Below, piece by piece: positions 17,935 through 25,738 of a DNA stretch of 29,643 bases. The DNA lies in the NCBI GenBank assembly GCA_050248855.1, contig JBFWRP010000037.1:1-29643 (forward strand). Direction: 5' to 3'. The stretch is from Planctomycetota bacterium (GTDB taxonomy: Bacteria > Planctomycetota > PLA2 > JAEUHO01). The translations under genes and the position numbers were made by a program. The notes beneath the pieces were generated by a model. That model was not told where the DNA came from. It saw only the letters and a list, made by a program, of their open reading frames with translations, and ran no database searches. The stretch's first letter is position 1; each line of letters opens with the position of its first letter.

Positions 17935-18996
17935 ATGAGGCGCACCACGCATCGCTTCCCCCGTTGGCTGACCGGCTTGGCGCCGGCGGCCCTGCTGCTC
18001 GGCTTGGCCGTGGGTCCGGCGCACGCCGGCCCCGAGGTCGGCATGGACGCGACCGACGTGTCCGCGCAGGCCCACATCAACATCGACCCCGTCACGCTGG
18101 CCGAGCTGAAGGGGCGCGTGATCCTCTTGGAGCTGTTCACCACCACCTGAGGCCCCTGCCGTGGCCAGGTTGGCCACCTCAACAAGCTTCACGAGGACTA
18201 CGACGCCAAGGGCTTCACGATCATCAGCGCCAGCGGCGAGTCGAAGGAGGTCGTGCAGGCCTTCGTCGACCAGCTCGGCGCGACGTACCCGATCTTCGTG
18301 CAGGCCAATGGCACGGGCTCGTACAGCACGGGCGGAGTCCCGTCGGCCTGCTTGATCTCGGCGGAAGGCAAGATCGTCTGGGCCGGCCATCCCGGCTCGC
18401 TGTCCGACGACCTGATCGATGCCGAGCTCAAGAACGTCGACAAGGACCGCCGCATCTCGACGTGGGCGTTCAACATCACGCGCACCATGCCCGAGGTCCC
18501 GGAGAGCCTGGACAAGGACGCCAAGAACCTCGTGAAGGGCAAGTTCGGCGCCACGCTGAAGGCGGTCGAGAAGGCCGTCGAGAAGCTCGAGGGCGACGAC
18601 AAGGCCAAGGGCGAGGCGCTGCGCGACTGGATCGCGGGCGTGGCCACCAAGCGCATGGAGACGGCCGCCGGGCTCGTCGCGGACCGCCAGGTCTACGCCG
18701 GCTTCAAGATGTACGGCGAGATCGAGGAGCTCTTCAGCGGTCACGACCTGGGCAAGCAAGCCAAGGACGCCGCCAAGGCGCTCGAGAAGGACAAGGACAC
18801 GGGCCTCGAGATCAAGGCCAGCGAGAAGCTGGAGGAGATCAAGAAGGAGATGGCGGGCGAGCGCAAGGCCGAGGACAAGATCAAGTGCCTGAAGCCGCTC
18901 CTGTCGAAGAAGTACGAGGAGACGGTCGCCGGCAAGGAAGCCGCGAAGATGGCCGAAGAGCTGGAGAAGGCAGGCGACGGCGCTGCGGCGCACTAG
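17935..18996 (+). CDS. Exported TlpA/thioredoxin-fold selenoprotein (UxxC, Sec at codon 72, TGA 18148-18150) with helical C-terminal domain, 353 aa
   Basis: Track ORFs 17935-18150 and 18253-18996 are in one frame separated only by TGA. Read-through gives LAELKGRVILLELFTTT-U-GPCRGQVGHLNKLHEDYDAKGFTIISAS...YPIF...GGVPSACLISAEGKIVWAG, matching TlpA-type (L.GK.VL..FWATWCGPC...GIP..LID..G.I); signal peptide ending AHA; SECIS-like hairpin follows. Confidence 0.88.
18148..18181 (+). promoter_or_regulatory. Putative bacterial SECIS element
   Basis: UGA, 10 nt, then stem GUGGCCA (18161-18167) / UGGCCAC (18171-18177) with GGU at the apex, similar to the E. coli fdhF SECIS apical region (GCAGGUCUGC); UGAG can also pair with CUCA (18178-18181). 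Confidence 0.78.
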
Positions 18997-19022
18997 CGGT
19001 TCGCGTCATCCCCAACGACCCT

Positions 19023-19050
19023 GCGGGGCGGGCCGAACGGTCCGCCCCGC
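19023..19050 (+). terminator. GC-rich hairpin after the selenoprotein gene, possible terminator
   Basis: GCGGGGCGGGCCG-AA-CGGTCCGCCCCGC; only a short TT follows, so intrinsic termination is uncertain. Confidence 0.45.
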
Positions 19051-19093
19051 TTCCATGGGAGGGGGTGCCGCGCGCATCGAGACGCGTACGCAC

Positions 19094-19191
19094 GTACGGA
19101 GTCGGGGGGGTTTACACCCACCGGCCGCCCGGCGCCCCCGCCCGCGGCTGCTTTCTCCGGCCCGAGGGTGGAATCTCACCCGACTCCGTAC
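19094..19191. repeat. 98-bp REP/REPIN-like element, variant left arm plus canonical right arm
   Basis: Left GTACGGAGTCGGGGGGGTTTACACCCACCGGC (19094-19125); right 19160-19191 identical to 50-81 and 13626-13657; 34-bp spacer. Confidence 0.9.
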
Positions 19192-19195
19192 GGGC

Positions 19196-20113
19196 CTACC
19201 GGGCAGCTCGCTCCGCGCCCTTCGCCGTGATCGTCCGCGTGGCGATGTCGCCAGCGAACTCGCCGGCCTCGATGCCCGCGATGACGTCCTCGACGGCGCC
19301 GAAGGCGAACGAGGACAACAGCTTGTCGAGGCGCCCGGCGGTGTGCTTGAGGTTCACGGTGTGGCGGAAGCGCGCCACGCGCGAGGCCTCGGCCAATCGC
19401 GGCTGGTCCGGGTCCACTTCCCACGGGTGCAGGTAGAGCATCCCGGGTCGCCCCTCTGCCTCCGCCTGCCGCAACCCTGCCCGCATCACGCCCAGGGGCA
19501 ACAGCCGGAGCCAGCCCCCGCCGCTGGCCGGCACGTTGCGGCCGGCCACGCGCCACGTGGTCATGGGCAGCTCCCAGATCCAGCGCCCGTCGCCGTCGTC
19601 CACGCGCACCGGCCCGCGCGGGAAGTCGGGGATGCCGTAGCGGTCGTGCTTCACGGGGAAGACGCTGCTGGAGTAGGCGTAGCCCTCCTCGCGCAACACG
19701 TCGTAGGCCCACGGCGTGTCGTTCGTGATCGAGAACGACGGCGCGCGGAAGCCCCGGATCGTCGGTAGCCCCGCCGCCTCCAACGCCCGCCGGGCCCGGG
19801 CGAGGTCCTCGCGGAACGACGCCTCGTCGAGCGAATGCACCAGCCGGTGCACGCTCCCGTGGCTGGCCACCTCGTGGCCGGCGTTCGCGATGCGCGCGAT
19901 CAGCGCGGGATGCTTCTCCGCGACCCACCCCAGGGTGAAGAACGTGGCCCGCACGCCGTGGCGGGCGAACTGGTCCAGCATGCGCGTCGTGTTGGCCACG
20001 ACGCGGTCCTCGTACTCCTCCCAGCGCTCGCGGTCCACGACGTCCTCGAAGGCGCTGACCTGGTACCAGTCCTCGACGTCCACGGTCAGGGCATGGCGGG
20101 GGGCCGTGCTCAT
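19196..20113 (-). CDS. Polysaccharide deacetylase, PEP-CTERM/XrtA-system type, 305 aa
   Basis: HALTVDVEDWYQVSAF, ATFFTLGWVAE, GHEVASHG, GFRAPSFSI, YSSSVFPVKHDRYGIP, GGGWLRLLP, YLHPWEVDPDQPR; ATGA overlap at 20110-20113. Confidence 0.9.
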   Translation of the reverse strand: MSTAPRHALTVDVEDWYQVSAFEDVVDRERWEEYEDRVVANTTRMLDQFARHGVRATFFTLGWVAEKHPALIARIANAGHEVASHGSVHRLVHSLDEASFREDLARARRALEAAGLPTIRGFRAPSFSITNDTPWAYDVLREEGYAYSSSVFPVKHDRYGIPDFPRGPVRVDDGDGRWIWELPMTTWRVAGRNVPASGGGWLRLLPLGVMRAGLRQAEAEGRPGMLYLHPWEVDPDQPRLAEASRVARFRHTVNLKHTAGRLDKLLSSFAFGAVEDVIAGIEAGEFAGDIATRTITAKGAERAAR

Positions 20114-21480
20114 ACGGACGTCTCCTTCAGCTCTTCCCAGTCCTCGTTGCGCGCCGTGGACGCGATGATCATGAGGGCCGGCAGCCAGTACCAGTTGGCG
20201 CGCTCCAGGTTGTGGGCGGCGAGCCCGCTCACCAGCATGAGCCCCAGCGTGAACAGGCATGTCCAGCAGAGGGATCCTACCGCCCGGTCCCAGCGCGTCT
20301 TCCCCCGCCGACGGCGGGCCATCTCGCGGACGGCGAACACGATCGAGCTGAAGAGGAAGCCGAGGAAGGTGATCGTGCCCAACGACCCGCGCGTGGCCAC
20401 GATCTGGCCCGTCAGGCTGTGGGGGAGCAACGGACGCCCGTCGATCCGGCGCACGCGGTACTCGCTCCAGTTGCCGGGCCCCACGCCCAGGATCGGGTTG
20501 TCGGCCAGGATGCGGAAGGCCACGCGATAGCCCTCGACCCGGTCGGCCGTGGACGACTCGCGGGTGTACGTCTCGCCGCTGACGATGCTCTCGATGCGCT
20601 TCTTCTGCGCGTCGCTGAGCAGCGCCACCATCGCCACCCCGGCCGCGACGAGGAGGCCGATGCCGACGAGGCGCGGCCAGCCCTTGCGGAGCATCGTCAA
20701 GGTCCAGAGCGCCGTCAGGATCGTCAGCACCAGGGCGCTGCGGCTCGACGACATGAACACCGAGTACACCGCCAAGCTGGCGTAGACGAGGGCGCAGAAC
20801 CGCACGAACCACGATCGCGACGTGACGCCGGCCCAGATCACGAGCGGCAGGGTGAACACGATCGTCGCCCCGAAGCTGTTCGGGTCCGCGTTGGACCAGC
20901 CCACGCCCATCATGCGCACCACGCCTTGCGCGTAGTCGTAGCGGCCCGCCTTCCATTCGATGAACGAGAGCAGCAGGAACGTCCCGACGCCCGCGCACAT
21001 GACGAGCAGGGTGAGGAGCAGCTCGCGGCGCGTCTTGATGATGCTCACCAGCAGGAAGTACGACAGCATCATCGTCACGTGGTCGATGTGCGCTTGCTCG
21101 GCCAGGTTCGGCTCGAACGCGAACAGCGCAGACAGCGTGCAGGCCACCACGAAGGCCCCGAGCCAGAACGTCTGCGGCCGCTCGATGGCCAGGGGCTTGC
21201 GCTTCTTCATGCCCTCGTGGATGGAGCGACCGATCGCCACCAGCAGCGCGAACAGGCCGAGCAACGAGCGCGGACGCATCTTCTCGAGCGACGGCAGGTA
21301 CTCGTCGAGGTAGCTGAGCGCCAGGAACAGGTAGACCATCAGCACCCAGAAGTGCAGCGACAGCCCTCCGAAGTGGGTGCGGGCGAACGTGAAGAAGCCG
21401 CGCCTGAGGTTGGGCTCCCACGGGCGGTCCGCGCGCTCGAGCGTCCCGGCGGGGGCCGTGGCGGGAGGGGCGGGCCTCAC
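20110..21480 (-). CDS. O-antigen ligase / Wzy polymerase family membrane protein, about 456 aa
   Basis: Many TM helices; ADPNSFG, SSSRSALV, STADRVEGY, NPILGVGPGNW, PHSL motifs; GTG start at 21480 in GTGA overlap. Confidence 0.85.
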   Translation of the reverse strand: MRPAPPATAPAGTLERADRPWEPNLRRGFFTFARTHFGGLSLHFWVLMVYLFLALSYLDEYLPSLEKMRPRSLLGLFALLVAIGRSIHEGMKKRKPLAIERPQTFWLGAFVVACTLSALFAFEPNLAEQAHIDHVTMMLSYFLLVSIIKTRRELLLTLLVMCAGVGTFLLLSFIEWKAGRYDYAQGVVRMMGVGWSNADPNSFGATIVFTLPLVIWAGVTSRSWFVRFCALVYASLAVYSVFMSSSRSALVLTILTALWTLTMLRKGWPRLVGIGLLVAAGVAMVALLSDAQKKRIESIVSGETYTRESSTADRVEGYRVAFRILADNPILGVGPGNWSEYRVRRIDGRPLLPHSLTGQIVATRGSLGTITFLGFLFSSIVFAVREMARRRRGKTRWDRAVGSLCWTCLFTLGLMLVSGLAAHNLERANWYWLPALMIIASTARNEDWEELKETSV

Positions 21481-23057
21481 GGTTGCGTCCCCACGCGCCG
21501 CCGGAGGCCGATCCCCGGAGGCGCCGCGTACGCGATGGCACCCACGACGGCCACCGACACGAAGCCGCCCGCGATCAGCGCAGGCCATCCGTAGGTCGCA
21601 GCGGGGTCGTACAGCAAGCGCAGGGCACCGTACGTCGCCCCGCCCGCCAGCAAGGGCAGGCCCCAGACACGTGCCCACCAGGCGGGGAGGCTGAAGCCGA
21701 GGCGTCGGCCGTTCCACCACGGCAGCACGAAGCCGTGCACGATCGCCGCCGGGACCAGGGTGCCGTAGGCCACGCCCACCAAGCCGTGCTCCTGGACCCA
21801 CCAGAGGCTTAGCCCCAAGTTGGCCGCGCCCTCGCACAGCGTGGCGAGGGCCAGGGATCGCATGTGCCCCGTGCCTTGGTGGGCCATCACGAGGGGGTAG
21901 CTGCTGATCGGGAACAGCGCGGCGAACGCCAGCACGACGAGGCTCGCGCCTCCGAACTCCCGGAACGACGCGTCGCCCTTCATCCAGGTCTCGAGGAACG
22001 CCCCGCCGAGCACGAACAGGTACACGATCAGCGGCGTGGCCGCCACGAGCACCTGCCGCGACGAGGTCGTGAGCAGCCGGACCAGACCGAGACGATCGCC
22101 CACCGCATGGCGGGCGCCCAGCTCCGGCATCAGCACGCGGCCGACCTGGAACACCAGCGTCCGGGCGTGGACCGGCATCTTCGCGGCGCGGTCGAACAGC
22201 GTGACCCACCACGCGCTCATCGCGCCGCCGATGACGAGTGCGTCGGTCTTGTCCGAGAGCAGCAAGGACGTCGTCACGATGATGTTGAAGGCGCCGTAGC
22301 CGAGCAGGCCCCGGGCCGTGCCGCGGGTGGCGCGCCGCGGCCAGAACGAGAGCCCCGGCTGCTCGCGGAAGGCCAGCCGCGTCTTCCACACCATCTCGCA
22401 GAGCTCGACGAGCCCGATCACCAGCGCCAGCGCCACGATGCCGCCACCGAGGACCAGCACCAGGATGATGCCCGTCGTGCTGACGGCCAGGGACACGAGG
22501 TCGATGCGGCACGTGAGGTCGAAGCGCTGGCGACCGATGAGCACGGCCGTGAACGCGTTGAGCGGCAACATCACCGCCAGCAGCACGCCGCTGATCACCA
22601 AGGCCCAGCCGGCTTCGTCGTGGCGGTCCGCCGGGACGTCGAACCACGCCCCCAGGTTGGGCGCGAGGACGAGCGTTGCCGCCAGGATCAGCGCGCCCCC
22701 GGCAGCGAGGGTCACGAACGCGCCGTGCACGTAGCGCTCGACTTCGTCGGCTTCCTCGCGCGCGTGGTGGCGTGCCACGAAGTGCACGATGGCCGGTCGG
22801 ATGCCGAAGTCGGCGACGTTCAAGTACCCCGTGAGCGTGTTGATGATCACCCACACGCCGAACAGGTGGTTGCCCAGCGCCTGCACCACCTCCGGGCTCA
22901 GGAGCAGCAGCACGAGGGCGTGGAGCAGGTAGGACGCCGCGTTCCAGGCGGCGTTGCGGGCCAGCACGCGACCGGCGCCCGAAGCCGGCGCCGCGGGTCG
23001 AGGTGCCTCCGGCGGGGTGCCACCGGGGCGCGGGGAGGGGGGCGCTGTCTCGCTCAC
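21477..23057 (-). CDS. wzx: Oligosaccharide flippase (Wzx/MOP family), about 526 aa
   Basis: RNAAWN, LGNHLFGVW, ADFGIRPAIVHFVA, KTDALVIG, ANLGLSLWWVQEHGLVGVAYGT; about 12-14 TM segments. Start uncertain (GTG 23057 preferred; track start 23120). Confidence 0.83.
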   Translation of the reverse strand: MSETAPPSPRPGGTPPEAPRPAAPASGAGRVLARNAAWNAASYLLHALVLLLLSPEVVQALGNHLFGVWVIINTLTGYLNVADFGIRPAIVHFVARHHAREEADEVERYVHGAFVTLAAGGALILAATLVLAPNLGAWFDVPADRHDEAGWALVISGVLLAVMLPLNAFTAVLIGRQRFDLTCRIDLVSLAVSTTGIILVLVLGGGIVALALVIGLVELCEMVWKTRLAFREQPGLSFWPRRATRGTARGLLGYGAFNIIVTTSLLLSDKTDALVIGGAMSAWWVTLFDRAAKMPVHARTLVFQVGRVLMPELGARHAVGDRLGLVRLLTTSSRQVLVAATPLIVYLFVLGGAFLETWMKGDASFREFGGASLVVLAFAALFPISSYPLVMAHQGTGHMRSLALATLCEGAANLGLSLWWVQEHGLVGVAYGTLVPAAIVHGFVLPWWNGRRLGFSLPAWWARVWGLPLLAGGATYGALRLLYDPAATYGWPALIAGGFVSVAVVGAIAYAAPPGIGLRRRVGTQP

Positions 23058-23394
23058 GGCCCGGAGATGATGTCCTCGCCCCGCAACACGGCGGCTGCCG
23101 ATGTCCTGCTGCTGCCACATCGACCACCCACGACCGTCGTGTCCAGCCTTTATCGGGCCTGCATGCCCGTCCGATAGGACTTGCGAGCCTGTCCGAGGGG
23201 CAGGCGAGGCGGCGGCCCTCCCGGCACCGGCCCGTGCGAGCGGGCTGGCGGGCGGATCGCCGCCGGGGGGTCGGCGCGCGGCGGCAGCAGGCAGGTGGCA
23301 CCTGCCTTGCTGTCAGGGCCGTTCGCATGCTCTCCTACCGGGTTCAGGACGAACATCGGCCTAGCGGGCGGCGGCCTGCCCACGGAGGGCATCC

Positions 23395-24330
23395 ATGCGG
23401 ACGTGCGTGACCGGAGGAGCGGGCTTCATCGGCTCGACGCTGGTGGACCGCCTGCTGGCCGACGGCCACGAGGTCGTGGTGCTGGACGACTTCAGCACGG
23501 GCCTGCGCCAGAACCTGGAGGCCGCCGGCTCGGCGATCGAGCTCGTCGAGGGCGATCTCCGGGACCGCGACCTCGTCGCGCGGGCCGTGAAGGGCTGCGA
23601 AGTGGTCTTCCACCAGGCGGCGCTGGCCGCCGTCGCGCGCAGCGTCGAGCACCCCGAGGAGGTCAACGACGTCAACGTCGTGGGCACGCTTCGGCTGCTC
23701 GTGGCCTGCCGTGGGGCGGGCGTGCGCCGGGTCGTGTTCGCCTCGTCGTCCTCCGTCTACGGCGACACGCCCGAGCTGCCCAAGCGCGAGACGATGCCGC
23801 TGTCGCCGCGCAGCCCCTACGCGGCCTCCAAGGCGGCGGGGGAGGCCTATCTTCAGGGTTTCCAGGCCACCTACGGGTTGGAGGCGGCGATCCTGCGCTA
23901 CTTCAACGTGTACGGACCGCGACAGAGCCCTCGTTCCGCCTACGCTGCCGTGGTTCCCCTGTTCGTCGACGCGCTTCGCCACGGCCACCCGGCGACCGTG
24001 AACGGAGACGGCGGACAGACCCGGGATTTCACCTTCGTCGAGGACGTCGTGGACGCGCTCGTTCGCGCGGCCTCCGCGCCTGGAGCCACGCAGGGCCCCA
24101 TGAACCTCGGCGGGGGAGAACGCATCTCGATCAACGACCTCGCGGCGGTCATCGCGGAGGCACTCGGCGTCGAGCCGAACCTTCGGCATGCACCCGCCCG
24201 CGTGGGCGACGTGAGGGACTCGCTGGCCGACATCGGCCGGGCCACGTCGTGGCTCGGGTGGACGCCGGCCACGAGCCTGAAGCAGGGTATCGCACGCATT
24301 GTGGACACGCTGCAAGGCAGCGCGGCCTAG
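23395..24330 (+). CDS. NAD-dependent nucleotide-sugar epimerase (extended SDR, WbpP-like UDP-GlcNAc 4-epimerase type), 311 aa
   Basis: VTGGAGFIGS, FHQAA, ASSSSVYG, SPYAASK (YxxxK), LRYFNVYGPRQ, GDGGQTRDFTFV; GGAGG upstream. Confidence 0.92.
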   Translation: MRTCVTGGAGFIGSTLVDRLLADGHEVVVLDDFSTGLRQNLEAAGSAIELVEGDLRDRDLVARAVKGCEVVFHQAALAAVARSVEHPEEVNDVNVVGTLRLLVACRGAGVRRVVFASSSSVYGDTPELPKRETMPLSPRSPYAASKAAGEAYLQGFQATYGLEAAILRYFNVYGPRQSPRSAYAAVVPLFVDALRHGHPATVNGDGGQTRDFTFVEDVVDALVRAASAPGATQGPMNLGGGERISINDLAAVIAEALGVEPNLRHAPARVGDVRDSLADIGRATSWLGWTPATSLKQGIARIVDTLQGSAA

Positions 24331-24352
24331 GCACGCCGGGGGGGCATCCGAC

Positions 24353-25738
24353 ATGACCACGTCGCCGGTCCGTACTGCCGCTGCCCACGAGCTGGCCGCC
24401 AAGATCGAAGGCCGCAAGGCCCGCTACGGCGTGATCGGCCTCGGCTACGTCGGGCTGCCGCTCGCCGTCGCCTTCGCCCAGGACGGCGTCGAGGTCGTCG
24501 GCTTCGAGGTCGACGCCCAGAAGGTCATCGAGCTCAACGCCGGGCGCAGCTACATCGACGACGTCGCGAGCGAAGACCTCGCCGCCGTCGTCAGCTCCGG
24601 CCACCTGCGCGCCACCCTGGACATGGGCGAGCTGGCCGACTGCGACATCATCAGCATCTGCGTCCCCACGCCGCTCTCCAAGAGCCGCGACCCGGACCTC
24701 TCCTACGTCGACGCGGCCACCACCAGCGTCGAGCGCTGCCTGCGCGCCGGTCAGCTCGTGATCCTCGAGAGCACGACCTACCCCGGCATGACCAGCGAGT
24801 ACGTCCAGCCGCGCCTGGAGCAGAGCGGGCTCGTCGTGGGCCGCGACATCTGGCTGGCGTTCAGCCCCGAGCGCGTGGACCCGGCCAACCACCGCTACGG
24901 CATCCGCAACACGCCCAAGGTCGTCGGCGGCGTGGACCCGGTCAGCACCGAGCTCTCCTCCGCCTTCTACCGTGGCTCGATCGAGCACGTGCACCCCGTC
25001 ACCTCGGCCTCGGCGGCCGAGATGGTCAAGCTGCTCGAGAACACGTTTCGCAGCGTCAACATCGGCCTCGTCAACGAGGTCGCGCTCATGTGCGACCGCC
25101 TGGGGCTGGATGTCAACGAGATCATCCGCGCCGCCGACACCAAGCCCTTCGGCTTCATGCGCTTCGACCCCGGCCCGGGCATCGGCGGCCACTGCATCCC
25201 GCTCGACCCGATCTACCTCTCGTGGAAGCTCCGCCACCTGGACTACCGCGCGCGCTTCGTCGAGCTGGCCCAGGACGTCAACACGGGCATGCCCGCGTAC
25301 CTCGTGGACCGCATCGCGGCCGCGCTGAACGCACGCAAGAAGAGCGTCAACGGCGCCCAGGTCCTGGTGATCGGCGTCGCCTACAAGCGCGACGTGTCGG
25401 ACACGCGCGAGTCGCCGGCCCTCGAGGTGATCAAGCGCCTCGAGGAGCGCGGCGCCTCGGTGCGCTACGTCGATCCGCACGTTCCCGAGCTCGAGCTCGC
25501 CGGCCGGCGCCACGTCGCCGTGCCGCTGGGGGAGAAGGCGCTTCGCGAGGCCGACTGCGTCGTGGTGACGACGCACCACACGGACATCGACTGGAAGCTG
25601 GTCGCCCGGGCCTCCTCGCTGGTGGTCGACGCGCGCAGCGTGGTGCCCGCCGACGAGGTCCGCGGCGAGCTCTGGCGCTTGAGCGGCCCGCCGCTCGTCG
25701 GGGAGGGGGTCCCCGCGGCCCCCCAGGTGCTTGCATGA
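24353..25738 (+). CDS. Nucleotide-sugar dehydrogenase (UDP-N-acetylhexosamine dehydrogenase, WbpA/WecC-like), 461 aa
   Basis: VIGLGYVGLPLA, ICVPTPL, LESTTYPG, FSPERVDP, KLLENTFRSVNI, GPGIGGHCIPLDP, GVAYKRDVSDTRESPA. Confidence 0.93.
   Translation: MTTSPVRTAAAHELAAKIEGRKARYGVIGLGYVGLPLAVAFAQDGVEVVGFEVDAQKVIELNAGRSYIDDVASEDLAAVVSSGHLRATLDMGELADCDIISICVPTPLSKSRDPDLSYVDAATTSVERCLRAGQLVILESTTYPGMTSEYVQPRLEQSGLVVGRDIWLAFSPERVDPANHRYGIRNTPKVVGGVDPVSTELSSAFYRGSIEHVHPVTSASAAEMVKLLENTFRSVNIGLVNEVALMCDRLGLDVNEIIRAADTKPFGFMRFDPGPGIGGHCIPLDPIYLSWKLRHLDYRARFVELAQDVNTGMPAYLVDRIAAALNARKKSVNGAQVLVIGVAYKRDVSDTRESPALEVIKRLEERGASVRYVDPHVPELELAGRRHVAVPLGEKALREADCVVVTTHHTDIDWKLVARASSLVVDARSVVPADEVRGELWRLSGPPLVGEGVPAAPQVLA

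Noticed and set aside
18148..18150. TGA as Trp or Gly under an alternative genetic code
   Set aside because: TGA terminates many genes here, including eight ATGA/GTGA/TTGA overlaps (1106, 2347, 3738, 6275, 15327, 20110, 21477, 25735), and the column corresponds to Cys.
17935..18996. Reading as a pseudogene or as two genes (71 aa and 247 aa)
   Set aside because: The single TGA falls exactly on the catalytic Cys position, is followed by a SECIS-like hairpin, and there is no other lesion.
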